IMG/VR virus record: IMGVR_UViG_3300024518_001342
Coordinates: 4,043-68,042 of that record
DNA length: 64,000 nucleotides
Origin: a virus
Strand: one strand, 5' to 3'
Positions 35,247-45,095 of the stretch are shown here, one piece after another. The stretch's first letter is position 1. Each line of letters begins with the position of its first letter. A model generated the notes under the pieces. The model saw nothing but the letters and a program-made list of their open reading frames with translations, was not told the origin of the DNA and searched no databases. A program made the position numbers and the translations under genes.

Positions 35247-35255
35247 ATTTATTCC

Positions 35256-35621
35256 TTATTCATCAATCACGCCGACAACATAATTTTGATGAATGATGTT
35301 AAACGTGTTATCCTCAATTTTTATTTCTTCGATCATGGACTTATCTACAACCAGCGAAGCATTTCCGCTATTCTTTGCAGAGGTGGTAAATACGTCGTCC
35401 ATCGTTCCTCTTTGTGTTGCCCAAGTGGGCTGATCGGGATTAAGATCTCTTAAGAACAAATCGCAATCTTTCGCCGCGCAGACAAACTTAACTAAACCGT
35501 ATCTTTCCTGTTCGCCGAGGCTAGCGCCATCAGGAATCAGAACAGGGCTCAAATCTGGTTTTTTTACCTGCGGTATTTTTTGGACAAGTAAATGTTTGTT
35601 AAACGGCTTGAACTTACACAC
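35256..35621 (-). CDS. groES: Co-chaperonin GroES/gp31-like
   Basis: FKPFNKHLLV...VLIPD...IIHQNYVVGVI fits the Cpn10 pattern. Confidence 0.65.
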   Translation of the reverse strand: MCKFKPFNKHLLVQKIPQVKKPDLSPVLIPDGASLGEQERYGLVKFVCAAKDCDLFLRDLNPDQPTWATQRGTMDDVFTTSAKNSGNASLVVDKSMIEEIKIEDNTFNIIHQNYVVGVIDE

Positions 35622-35874
35622 CGGGCATTTCCTTCTTTACGATTTCCATAAAAGTGCCTAGGTCGTCTAAATCTACCTTTGTCTTCACAGCGTTATAGGC
35701 TTTTTTGACTAATGAAATCTCATTATTAGTAAGCCATTGGTTTTCAATATATTCCGTGCGCAAGTCCTTACGCTGATCTTGAAAGGGCTGGATTGCTCCG
35801 TCGATGGCGCGATAAGATTTGATGAGATCTGTTACGCGCTTTTTCTTTTCTTCTGTAATCGTTATTGTTGCCAT
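35614..35874 (-). CDS. Small helical protein, possibly DNA-binding (DsbA/GapR-like)
   Basis: Coiled-coil followed by RKDLRTEY; weak resemblance only. Confidence 0.45.
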   Translation of the reverse strand: MATITITEEKKKRVTDLIKSYRAIDGAIQPFQDQRKDLRTEYIENQWLTNNEISLVKKAYNAVKTKVDLDDLGTFMEIVKKEMPGV

Positions 35875-35891
35875 TTTATTTCCTTTTGTGT

Positions 35892-37754
35892 TTAGATAAA
35901 TTTAACTTCACATGCGCCACCGGCACATGCTACTTCACCAGACAAATTAGTATTGTCATCCACTTCTATAATCTTGGTTAAGTCAATCTCCTTTAATGAA
36001 TCGATCATACTATTATATGTAGCCTCATCACAGTCTTCAAATGGTGCCTGGACATAGTTCCCGCCGCTAAACGGAAGAACAGATAGTCCATTATAAAATT
36101 CACGATTCTTCCACATCCATTCGCCCACCTCATCCCATTCATGATCTTTGATAGAAACTGTAGCACTAATGTTATGGGTATTGTTTCCTGAATTGTGACC
36201 CGGACGAATCCATTTCTCTGAAAATCCTTTCACTCGTTGCAAGAGTTGTAGGGCCGTTTCATCACGTAAGATTGCACCTTCGGGGGCTTTTTGAGGGACC
36301 GAAATCACGGCTGTGTCGTGTGGTCTGAAATATTCATCCTCTACTAACTCTGGATGATTGGCTGACAGGTAATGATAAATATCTTCGTTCTTTCCTACAC
36401 GCAAGCGACGAATATAATAATCACTATGCCATGCGTGTATCCCACTAGAACAGCCAAGCACAATAGAAGAAGTTCCGGCTGGCTTGATGGTGGTTACTCT
36501 TGCGGCGGATCGAATACCAATCAACTCGGCAACTTTTTTGTTTTCCTCTACTGCAATTTGTGCAGCTTCTTCAAGATCAAATTCCTGTACTTTGCCAGAG
36601 CCGACGCCGGTCATACTCACTCCAACTAATGCTTCGCGCTCGGTGGTGCGTTGCCAAACAGATCTCAAATAATGAAACTGTGTATATCCAGCCTGAAGTG
36701 TTCCCAAGAAAGATGCGGCTCGCACTCGCTCATTTAGATCTTCTTGACTGGTTACATCGGAAACATTTACTTCACATAAGTTACAGAACTGAAAAGGTCG
36801 TAAGGCGATTTCACAGCACGGGTTAGTTCCCCAATCCTTATCATTAGTAAAATAAATTCCTGGTTCTCCTGAGTTAGAAAGCTGAATGCGTTGCCATAGT
36901 TCTTTAAAAAATTTCTTTCGTATGCGATGTCTTACGAGAGAGGCACTGTTGTTCGCTCTCGCCCGTTGGGGATTTGTTTCCCACCAACTACCAGACTTAC
37001 AAGAAATCATTTCTTTATCGTCCGCTGAAAACAAACTAATAAGAGCAGCCCTTCGGATACCACCAGCAAGAACTGCATCAGCGATGTGGCAAACAATATC
37101 ATGGACTTCAATCGGCTCCAATTGATCACCGTCGTTCTTTTCGTTTAAGATGCCCTTGAGTTGACGAATACAAGTCTTTAACGGTTCGGGACCAGGAGCT
37201 TTGCCACCAGAAGTTACAAGCTTTGCACCCTTGGATCTAATATCGCTAAAGTCAAAATCTATTGTGGAGGTTCCCTCAAAATAAGAGCGCATCAATACTT
37301 TAACAGCATCAGCCCATCCCTCGATAGAGTCACCAACTAAAAAACGGCGCTTACGATCTTCTCGGGGCTTGCGGATCTCTGGTAGCTTTTCTACATGATG
37401 TTTTTGTACTGAAAAGCCAACACCAGTTCCGCCTAAAAGCAAAAAAAGAATTTCACTAAAAGCTCGCCAATCATCGACAGGCAAATAGCCACAGTTATAA
37501 ATACGGTTAGGGCTAATTTCAATTGACTTCCCCGCGAACTGCATTGAACGCATAGAGGGAAGAACCTTCCTGTCTTCCACATATTTGTATGCCGCATCTA
37601 TTTCTCCATTAAGCATCGTATATTTTTTCCGATGCATTTCTTTATTTCTTCCAACAAGTTCCTTCCAGTTTTCTCTACGATTTTTTTCCTCCATATGTTT
37701 CGCATATTTCATAAAGACAGTTATGTCTGATAAGATCTTGCTTGAAATGTCCAT
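35892..37754 (-). CDS. nrdJ: Class II (B12-dependent) ribonucleotide reductase
   Basis: VLPSMR, GTGVGFS, GGIRRAA, GEPG, TNPCCEI, TTIKPAGT and C-terminal ACAGGAC; no beta subunit gene in the window. Confidence 0.9.
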   Translation of the reverse strand: MDISSKILSDITVFMKYAKHMEEKNRRENWKELVGRNKEMHRKKYTMLNGEIDAAYKYVEDRKVLPSMRSMQFAGKSIEISPNRIYNCGYLPVDDWRAFSEILFLLLGGTGVGFSVQKHHVEKLPEIRKPREDRKRRFLVGDSIEGWADAVKVLMRSYFEGTSTIDFDFSDIRSKGAKLVTSGGKAPGPEPLKTCIRQLKGILNEKNDGDQLEPIEVHDIVCHIADAVLAGGIRRAALISLFSADDKEMISCKSGSWWETNPQRARANNSASLVRHRIRKKFFKELWQRIQLSNSGEPGIYFTNDKDWGTNPCCEIALRPFQFCNLCEVNVSDVTSQEDLNERVRAASFLGTLQAGYTQFHYLRSVWQRTTEREALVGVSMTGVGSGKVQEFDLEEAAQIAVEENKKVAELIGIRSAARVTTIKPAGTSSIVLGCSSGIHAWHSDYYIRRLRVGKNEDIYHYLSANHPELVEDEYFRPHDTAVISVPQKAPEGAILRDETALQLLQRVKGFSEKWIRPGHNSGNNTHNISATVSIKDHEWDEVGEWMWKNREFYNGLSVLPFSGGNYVQAPFEDCDEATYNSMIDSLKEIDLTKIIEVDDNTNLSGEVACAGGACEVKFI

Positions 37755-37756
37755 TT

Positions 37757-39133
37757 TTAATTCGTCCCCTTTATTAGTTTTTTGTATTTGTCTAGCATAA
37801 ATTTAACTTGTTCTTCATTTGAAAGTGCCGGTGATGATGCCGCATCATTTTCATATTTACCCAACACCTTAATATCGACATTTGCGGGGTCCATAAAGAT
37901 AGAGAACACCAAGCCGTCAGCACCATTTCTATTCTTGGCAATATAAATTCTTCCACCATTTGTTTGCTTATCCTCTGATGTTCTTGAAACAGAAAAGATA
38001 AAGTCCGCGATGAAGCATTTATTGAAAGCCTCAGATATTGCTTGCATGGTGATAATTTCTTGGTTGAGCCCTGTTCGGTTAGTTTGAGAAGCTGTCCACC
38101 CAACACAATTATTTTCTTGCATAAGTGCGCGGAGGTCTTCATAGATCGTTTCTAGTTCTTCTCTCTTTTCTTTACGCGCAGACAATGTGCGTAACAGATC
38201 CGCATAATCAACAATAATCATGTCTGGAATAGTGCCTTGTTGTTTAAGTTTTTCCAGATGAGCGCGAATTGTATTGGTGGTAGCTGTTTTCGTGGGATAC
38301 TCTTTTATAATCAAGCTTCCATCTAAACCATCTAAAGTTTTCTTGATGTCCACTTTACGATCCTTGACTTCGTTCAAGCGAATTCCTGTGATACATGAAT
38401 CATAACGACCAGCGATGACAGTATCACCCAACTCAAGCGTGTAATGCACCACGGTCATTCCGGCTTTCACGGCAGTCGCGCCAAGATGAACTAAGACCAT
38501 TGACTTTCCCACACCAGTAGGAGCGATTACGACACCCAATTCTTTGCGACCACCACCACCCCCGGTGATCTGATCTACTTTTTCCCATCCCGTCGTGATT
38601 GTTTCGCGGGTACTAAGTTCAAATCTTTTTTCAAAATCTTTGATATAATCGTAACCAAAATCTGCATTTGCACCAGCCTTCAACGCATCATTTATGAGTA
38701 CAGAAATCTCATCAAAAGAGCATTTTTGGAGGAGTGTAGATGATTTTATCATCGCCTCTCGTAACTTCTGCTTGCGGCAGAATTCCAAAGCAGTGTCTTT
38801 GACAAATTCCGCCTCACGCAAGATCGTAATATCTGATAAGACGTGTGCAAAATATTCTCTTATTTGCTTCTGAAGCGTTTCGTTCTCATCTTCTATTTGA
38901 GATCTAATAATGGTCTTCATTATTTCAGTGGATGGCTGTGATCCATATTTTGTTTTGTAGTTAAATATTTTTTGAACAAAAACTTGCAGATGTTTGAATT
39001 CTAAAAACTCAACATCCAATACTTCTACCATCCGATCAGCAAAGACGCGATCATCTAATATAAGAAAGGCTAGTTTTTCCTGAAAGGATTTACCATATTT
39101 TGAGAAAGAAGGCGTGTCGGTTTTTAAATTCAT
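37757..39133 (-). CDS. Replicative DNA helicase (DnaB/T4 gp41-like)
   Basis: Walker A APTGVGKS; YTLEL, IIVDYADLL, WTASQTNR and KNRNG. Confidence 0.9.
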   Translation of the reverse strand: MNLKTDTPSFSKYGKSFQEKLAFLILDDRVFADRMVEVLDVEFLEFKHLQVFVQKIFNYKTKYGSQPSTEIMKTIIRSQIEDENETLQKQIREYFAHVLSDITILREAEFVKDTALEFCRKQKLREAMIKSSTLLQKCSFDEISVLINDALKAGANADFGYDYIKDFEKRFELSTRETITTGWEKVDQITGGGGGRKELGVVIAPTGVGKSMVLVHLGATAVKAGMTVVHYTLELGDTVIAGRYDSCITGIRLNEVKDRKVDIKKTLDGLDGSLIIKEYPTKTATTNTIRAHLEKLKQQGTIPDMIIVDYADLLRTLSARKEKREELETIYEDLRALMQENNCVGWTASQTNRTGLNQEIITMQAISEAFNKCFIADFIFSVSRTSEDKQTNGGRIYIAKNRNGADGLVFSIFMDPANVDIKVLGKYENDAASSPALSNEEQVKFMLDKYKKLIKGTN

Positions 39134-39162
39134 TATAAGTCTCGATTCCTGAATATTCTGTA

Positions 39163-39191
39163 AGTTTATAAGAGTGGTTCAAAAGTGTCAA
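39163..39191 (-). promoter_or_regulatory. sigma70-type promoter upstream of the helicase
   Basis: Minus strand TTGACA-N17-TAAACT. Confidence 0.55.
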
Positions 39192-39197
39192 GTCTTA

Positions 39198-40181
39198 TTA
39201 AGTGCCACGGAGTAAATAGTCTCGGTGGTCCGCAAGAAACGATCTAAATTTCTGAAATAATGGATTCCAGTTGTATTCATGTATGCCATCAGTCGCCATC
39301 ATTTTTAACACTTCGGTTCTATTGAGGGTAGGGACAAACTGTTCCACTGTGTCTTTTATATGTAGTGAATTTTTAACAGAAATGGAGGGAGAATAAAGTT
39401 GCATTAATTTATAATTTAGTTCCACCTTTTTCTTCTCCTTTAAAATATCTTTATATAATTTGAGCCCAGTCTCGTCACTTCTGCAATACTTGAACACCTC
39501 GTCGGGAGTATAAGATTTTTCTTCCCGCAAGAAACTTAATTTTTTAGATATTGTCTTCATGCCCGCTCCCTTTATGCCCGGTAAGTTATCAGACTTGTCA
39601 CCATCAATGGCTCGGGCAAGCGCGAAATTGTTAGGATGAATATCAAACTCCTCAAGGATTCGATTCTTGTTTAAGAAGATGTCCTTGATCGGTTTATACA
39701 CCAGCGTCTTGTCGTCACACAGTTGATAAAAATCTTTGTCCATAGACACAATAATCTTTATTTCTTCTTTGAGTGAAGGCATATGACAAATGTATCCTAT
39801 CACATCATCAGCCTCAATGTCTTCTACCATCAATTGTGCGACGGGCATCTTGTTAAGGTACTCAATGGTGCGCTTCATTTGATCATAACGATTTTGTGTT
39901 TCTTCTAGAGCGTCCATACCGCTATAAGCTCGGTTTAGATTGAGCGGCTTGCGTCCTTCTTTGTATTGCTTCGCCAAGGTTCTGCGCTTTGCGCTGCCAC
40001 CTCCACCATCCCAAACAACAATTATCTTATCTGGATTTATCTCTCGTGCTGTCTTTTGTAAGGACATCAAGAAACCTTTCGTTCCACCAATGGGTGATCC
40101 CGTCGCACTAATGCTAGGGTTCATAACATAGTTGCGAATGAATGTATTCATCGCGTCAATGATTAAGATTTTATTCGCCAT
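39198..40181 (-). CDS. 5'-3' exonuclease (PolI N-terminal/T4 RNase H-like)
   Basis: ILIIDAMN, VWDG, YKEGR, EADDVI, SMDKDFYQL and GDKSDNLPGIKGAG. Confidence 0.92.
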   Translation of the reverse strand: MANKILIIDAMNTFIRNYVMNPSISATGSPIGGTKGFLMSLQKTAREINPDKIIVVWDGGGGSAKRRTLAKQYKEGRKPLNLNRAYSGMDALEETQNRYDQMKRTIEYLNKMPVAQLMVEDIEADDVIGYICHMPSLKEEIKIIVSMDKDFYQLCDDKTLVYKPIKDIFLNKNRILEEFDIHPNNFALARAIDGDKSDNLPGIKGAGMKTISKKLSFLREEKSYTPDEVFKYCRSDETGLKLYKDILKEKKKVELNYKLMQLYSPSISVKNSLHIKDTVEQFVPTLNRTEVLKMMATDGIHEYNWNPLFQKFRSFLADHRDYLLRGT

Positions 40182-40564
40182 CGCGCTTCGACCTTGTTGA
40201 AATTATCGGGGAAATGCTTCTTTAGAAACCTAAGCATCTGACCCGTGTTACGACTCACTGCTTGTACGTTAAGAGCAGAGTTCTCTGTATTATAAGAAAA
40301 AACCATCTGTTTGTTGAGAGTGAGGAAGGAGCCATCCATAAAATATAGCCTGATCATACTATGCTTGTCCCATAAATTTGGCGCAAATGGGCCGGGACAC
40401 AATTCTTTCACCTTATTTAGTAGATCTTTCTTCTCCTTCATTTCACGCCAAACTTCTTGCTCTACTCTGCGCGTGTTATGTTCAAGGAGAGCATCCGTTT
40501 TCTCTATCCGTCGTTGCTTGGTTCTGTCATCGAGAACAAATTTTGCCCAACTAGGAATGGTCAT
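40163..40564 (-). CDS. Hypothetical protein
   Basis: ORF track; overlaps both neighbours. Confidence 0.6.
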   Translation of the reverse strand: MTIPSWAKFVLDDRTKQRRIEKTDALLEHNTRRVEQEVWREMKEKKDLLNKVKELCPGPFAPNLWDKHSMIRLYFMDGSFLTLNKQMVFSYNTENSALNVQAVSRNTGQMLRFLKKHFPDNFNKVEARWRIKS

Positions 40565-41687
40565 TTTGCTTTACCCCCTCAACATCATCACCATAAAAGT
40601 CTTCTGACTTGCCGGTCTTGGTTTCAAATTTACGAATGACTTCTTCATCCATAATCTTATAAACAAGTTTGGCAAACTTTTCGTCGGTCTGCATTAGCTT
40701 AGGGAAGGTTGCGCCTTGGAATTTCTTATCGTATCCATCAAGCGTAAACCACGCTCCACTATTCTTTAACTTGTCCGATGTTTTGATCGCAGTCAACAAG
40801 GATTCATCATTGAGGATACCAACATCCTCGCCTCCCCATAGAATTTTAAAGTTACAGATGCGACCCTGTGTTCCAAACTTGGATTTCTCTAGCTTGGCTT
40901 TCACTTCGCTGCCGATTCTGAACCCTGCTTCATCTTCTACAAAGGTCTTCTTTCCTTTTAGACCCGTGAGCCATATTCTTAATGAATAGGCATAAATCAT
41001 AGCCTTGCCACCAGGAGTAAACCAAGGTTGTGAAAGCATCATCATTGGGTTAGTGACATTGATATTTGTTTTAAGTTGGTTCAACACCAACAAGGTTGAT
41101 TGTGTTCTAGACAAGGACACCACCAATTTCTTCATACCCAAAGATAGGACACGAGGCATTTGTGCCATAGAAGATTGGGGATTGAAATCCTTTTCCAGAT
41201 CCGCACGACATGGAGTCATCGCGAGTGAGTCAATAATAAATAAGAAACGAGTGTCGGGATCACCAGCCATAACGGTTTCCATTGATTCCAATACCTGCTC
41301 AATATCATCAGGCTGGATTATGATAACACTATCCTCGCCATCTACAGTGCAACCAAGTTTCTCTAAAAACTCTTTGCTCATTGTAGATTCAGAATCAAAG
41401 TAGAGAACTTTAATATTCTTCTTCTGTGCTTCCCTCGCTACTTGTCCTGCCATATAAGACTTGCCTGAACTTTCTAAGCCAGCGATCTCGGTGCAGCGAC
41501 CAACTGGGATACCTGCGAGTTGACCACGACAGGTAATGGAGTCGAGCCATCGTGAGCCTGTGGAGATCCAATCCTTTACATCAGCCGGATTCTCTTGATC
41601 GCCAGTAAACGCAATTGTTCTTCCCGCTTTTTTATTTATTAGTTTTAAAATATCTTTCGATGATAAGTTTCCGTTGCTCATAATCAT
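40551..41687 (-). CDS. recA: RecA/UvsX recombinase
   Basis: ISTGS, GLESSGKS, YFDSE, IIDSLA, LNQLK and TPGGKA; start re-called behind GGAGAGG. Confidence 0.9.
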   Translation of the reverse strand: MIMSNGNLSSKDILKLINKKAGRTIAFTGDQENPADVKDWISTGSRWLDSITCRGQLAGIPVGRCTEIAGLESSGKSYMAGQVAREAQKKNIKVLYFDSESTMSKEFLEKLGCTVDGEDSVIIIQPDDIEQVLESMETVMAGDPDTRFLFIIDSLAMTPCRADLEKDFNPQSSMAQMPRVLSLGMKKLVVSLSRTQSTLLVLNQLKTNINVTNPMMMLSQPWFTPGGKAMIYAYSLRIWLTGLKGKKTFVEDEAGFRIGSEVKAKLEKSKFGTQGRICNFKILWGGEDVGILNDESLLTAIKTSDKLKNSGAWFTLDGYDKKFQGATFPKLMQTDEKFAKLVYKIMDEEVIRKFETKTGKSEDFYGDDVEGVKQNDHS

Positions 41688-41700
41688 GCCCTCTCCTACA

Positions 41701-41760
41701 AAAAAGAAAGCCCCGTGGCTCGATGAACAAACCAATAAACAAAAAAGTCACGGGGCTTTC
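41701..41760 (-). terminator. Terminator-like hairpin after the SSB gene
   Basis: GAAAGCCCCGTG inverted repeat with a long loop, followed by a T run on the minus strand. Confidence 0.6.
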
Positions 41761-41782
41761 AAAACCACTTAGGTTTTTTTAA

Positions 41783-42514
41783 CTACGCTGATAATTCCCG
41801 AATGGCATCATCAACGCCGGAGGGTGCGGTGGCGCTAACAGCTTCCATCGTCCCGCCCGAAGGATCAAGATACGATTCCAAAATCGCCTGAACTTCAGCA
41901 GTGCTTTTCTTAGCAAACAAAGCATCAATATCAGGAATTGAATCCAAAAGAGATTTGATCTCTCCTTTAGGAGCAAGCGCAGATGACTTGCGTTTTGGAA
42001 CCAAATTGGTCTGCGGAAATGCACCCTTAGTTTTCGGCAAAGTGTAAGTCAATGTAAAATCAACTCCCGTCTGTACCTCAGTGATATCACCGTAATCAGG
42101 ATTCAAGACATAACCAAGCAACGCTTCGTAAATTGTCTTTCCGTAACCCCAGATGCGAACACCCGCTTCTTCTTCACCACGCACAATTACGGGTGAGAAA
42201 AATCTCTGACGAACAAAAAGGCTCTTTGCCATTTTTTTGCTCTCATCAGTTCCCTCTTGCCATAGTTGTGAAGCGAATTCACAAACCGGACAACCGTCAC
42301 CAAACTGCCGCTTGGGACACAACACACCACCACGAACATTATCACCTAAGTTATAATGAAAGTGGAAAACCTTGAACGGATCTCCATCCTCAGTTGGTAC
42401 AAGTCGAATCTCTTGATCCCCCTCGGTTGGTCGCCAAAAAGCATTATCGCTTTTCTTTCCACCCGATTCGGATTCCTGTAGTTTCGCTCGCATCTTTGCT
42501 AAATCTAATGCCAT
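41783..42514 (-). CDS. Single-stranded DNA-binding protein (T4 gp32-like)
   Basis: FWRP..G...IRLVP, FHFHY, CPVCE, DYGDITE..G.DF; acidic tail; adjacent to RecA. Confidence 0.8.
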   Translation of the reverse strand: MALDLAKMRAKLQESESGGKKSDNAFWRPTEGDQEIRLVPTEDGDPFKVFHFHYNLGDNVRGGVLCPKRQFGDGCPVCEFASQLWQEGTDESKKMAKSLFVRQRFFSPVIVRGEEEAGVRIWGYGKTIYEALLGYVLNPDYGDITEVQTGVDFTLTYTLPKTKGAFPQTNLVPKRKSSALAPKGEIKSLLDSIPDIDALFAKKSTAEVQAILESYLDPSGGTMEAVSATAPSGVDDAIRELSA

Positions 42515-42528
42515 TTTATTTTATCTCC

Positions 42529-43404
42529 TTAAGGTGAGGTCGGCAAATCTTCCGACCCCCCAATTGTTTTTGTTTGCCCTTGAATGGCTGAAGTATGCGC
42601 GACACAATAAATGTAATCTTCATCATAATCAGTTTCAAAGATTCCGTATGAAACCCGCACATCGGCTTCCATTTTTCTCTTAAGAGAATTCTTTATCTCT
42701 CCGAACAAATTGTTTTCTGTTTCCAGTTTCATCTTGTTACAAGCATAATAGTATACCCGATCACTCACGTTGTCAAGAGAAAAAAACATCTTATCTACAT
42801 TTTTTTTTGGTTCCACAAATCCAATAGTAGAAATGCGGGTTCCAATAGGTAAAGAAGAAAAGGTGTCGGTTACTGAAGGGATATGATTGAATACATTAAT
42901 CATATGTAATGAAGACACAATCGCTTCATTAAGATTAATATAGTGATTCTTGAGCGACGTAGGAGGTATTGCTTTTTCTACTAAAACATTGTCCACAAGA
43001 TAGAGGCGATCAAAAATACCAGACCTAGCATACTCTTGCAAAACATTGAAGACCAAGTTATTAATTAACTTTCCCTCGGCTGCTAAAAAATCTTCTTCGG
43101 GCTTTATATATAGCACACTAATGTTGCAGTGCCGAAGGGATTCTAAAAGCGATAGTGATGCAAGTGAAGATTTCCCACCACCACCAACAACGAATAGAAT
43201 ATCGCCACTCACTCCTTCAAAAAATTTAGACGCATCGGGGCAGTTCTTTTCATAATCTTCAATGTTTTGACCCTCTTTTAAACTAAACGTATTCGCACTA
43301 GGCGACAAGCCTATGTCTATTTTATATGCCTTATATTGAGAATATTCACCAAAGCTATCTGCGATGGCGCAACCTGCTTTGCCTAGTCCGATTACTGTAT
43401 CCAT
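42529..43404 (-). CDS. Tubulin/FtsZ-like GTPase (divergent)
   Basis: VIGLGKAGCAIAD (T1 loop), VGGGGKSS at the signature position, LVDN and NLNEAI. Confidence 0.7.
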   Translation of the reverse strand: MDTVIGLGKAGCAIADSFGEYSQYKAYKIDIGLSPSANTFSLKEGQNIEDYEKNCPDASKFFEGVSGDILFVVGGGGKSSLASLSLLESLRHCNISVLYIKPEEDFLAAEGKLINNLVFNVLQEYARSGIFDRLYLVDNVLVEKAIPPTSLKNHYINLNEAIVSSLHMINVFNHIPSVTDTFSSLPIGTRISTIGFVEPKKNVDKMFFSLDNVSDRVYYYACNKMKLETENNLFGEIKNSLKRKMEADVRVSYGIFETDYDEDYIYCVAHTSAIQGQTKTIGGSEDLPTSP

Positions 43405-43581
43405 TTACTTCTCTTTGGTTTCGCCGTATGATACCAGTTCAAACGCGGGGCTATTGCGATATCGCCCAACATGATTGGAAACCTTCTCGTTGAGCACAAT
43501 CATTATTGCTTCTGGATCAGTGCTCACTAATGTAACTTCTTCGCCGTTTTCTATATAAACTAATTTATATTTCTTGCTCAT
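43405..43581 (-). CDS. Hypothetical protein
   Basis: Start re-called to MSKKY (ATGA overlap with the upstream gene). Confidence 0.5.
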   Translation of the reverse strand: MSKKYKLVYIENGEEVTLVSTDPEAIMIVLNEKVSNHVGRYRNSPAFELVSYGETKEK

Positions 43582-43886
43582 TCCGAAACCTCTTGTAAAA
43601 CATAACGCCTCCAAAATCCTCCGCGTTTGCGGTTTTTGATAATCCGTGCCCCTTCAAGATCCCATTTATTTATTTCAGCAATTGATAAAAGAACTTCCTG
43701 AATGTCCGCCAGTTCTTCTACGCATGGCTCCTCAAGAAACTCTTGAACTTCTTCTGTGAGTTTGTCCTTGAGTCGTTGTTGGTAGTCGTCATTCACGGCT
43801 ACATAGATTTTACATTTCTTTCCCTGATCATTAATAATCTGTGGGATCTTATCTCTCACAAGTTTGTTATATTTTTTAGTTGTCAT
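43578..43886 (-). CDS. MazG-like nucleotide pyrophosphohydrolase (PRA-PH family)
   Basis: YNKLVRDKIPQII...KLTEEVQEF...EELADIQEV. Confidence 0.85.
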   Translation of the reverse strand: MTTKKYNKLVRDKIPQIINDQGKKCKIYVAVNDDYQQRLKDKLTEEVQEFLEEPCVEELADIQEVLLSIAEINKWDLEGARIIKNRKRGGFWRRYVLQEVSE

Positions 43887-45085
43887 CTAAACCTCTTTAA
43901 ATTTCCAAAGTGTGTTCCAAGGCTGGTGTTCACTTTAAACTTTCCTAAATCCGTATCACCGAATTCTTTAATTATATCATCGATAAGATCTTTGTCTTCC
44001 CGATGAAAGTCAATTACCATGCTATCGTGAATGAGCCCCATTGTAAAGGACTTTTTATTTTCTAATAATTTATTTACTGCGATTGCTCTCCTTAAGAATG
44101 TATCCGAAGTGGTGCTTTGTATAACTGCATTGAGAGCATGGAACTCATCGGCTATAATCTTTCGACCAAACGGATTGGTGACGACGCTTCCGTCCCAATA
44201 TTTATTTAATACTTTTCTTTTGTCATAGTGTTTTTCTACTTGGGGAATGCCCAAAGAAGCACCCAAAGGACCATAGAGCCATCCAAAGATTTTGCGCTTA
44301 ATATCATCACGGCTCAACTTGTGATCCGATAACCTATTAAAAATTGATCCATGCCAATCATGTATGTCTTGCTGTGGTTGCTCTTGATCGTTCAGCGCAA
44401 GAAGACAGCGCAACTCCGCCGCATTAAAATCCAATTCGATAAACCAAGTATTCGTTGGCTTAACCACTCGCCGGTAATCTTTACTCATTGTAAGTAAAGG
44501 AAAAGAATTTTTGTGTGTGGTTAAGCGGCCAGTAATCGTACCGAACATATTGTAGTCAATAAATGGTCTTACCGCATTTAGCTTGGAATAAAAACTTCTA
44601 GTTTTAGTTTCGTGAAGTTTGTCAACAATTTCCTTGGGCTCAATTAATAATTTATGATCTCGGATATCAGTTAATAATTCCGACAACTCAACTAAAAAAT
44701 TATAGTCTTCTGGTTCCGGGGTAGTAGACAATACATGCTTTGTTATTTGACTCTTGAGGTTAAAATATTCAATTACAAAACTGTGTGGAACTAAATCATA
44801 AAAACATTCCTCATCCAGTTCGCAAAAACCAGTCTGGAAAGATTTAATATAAGCCGAGTATTTTTTCTTAATGGTGGACCATTCTTTTTTTAATTCATCG
44901 GGGCAACACTCGTCAAGGGTTTTTGATTGAGCGTACAGGGATGCATATTTAATATCATAGCCCTTTAGGGTTGAATGATATGCCCAAGTCTTTCTTAATT
45001 TATCATAATCAGGTTGAGTAATGATTTCGTTTTCCGAATATATGTTTTGGCATTTTTGTTTCTGATCAATTATTTCGAAAAGCAC
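43883..45085 (-). CDS. Family A DNA polymerase catalytic domain (no exonuclease domains)
   Basis: TITGRL; motif A LDFNAAELR; motif B KRKIFGWLYG; NAVIQST; motif C IHDS. Confidence 0.8.
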   Translation of the reverse strand: MLFEIIDQKQKCQNIYSENEIITQPDYDKLRKTWAYHSTLKGYDIKYASLYAQSKTLDECCPDELKKEWSTIKKKYSAYIKSFQTGFCELDEECFYDLVPHSFVIEYFNLKSQITKHVLSTTPEPEDYNFLVELSELLTDIRDHKLLIEPKEIVDKLHETKTRSFYSKLNAVRPFIDYNMFGTITGRLTTHKNSFPLLTMSKDYRRVVKPTNTWFIELDFNAAELRCLLALNDQEQPQQDIHDWHGSIFNRLSDHKLSRDDIKRKIFGWLYGPLGASLGIPQVEKHYDKRKVLNKYWDGSVVTNPFGRKIIADEFHALNAVIQSTTSDTFLRRAIAVNKLLENKKSFTMGLIHDSMVIDFHREDKDLIDDIIKEFGDTDLGKFKVNTSLGTHFGNLKRFR

Positions 45086-45095
45086 TCCAACCTCT

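Noticed and set aside
25235-37754. Inteins or introns in dnaE or nrdJ
   Set aside because: Lengths are typical, motifs are contiguous and no splicing or homing-endonuclease motifs are evident.
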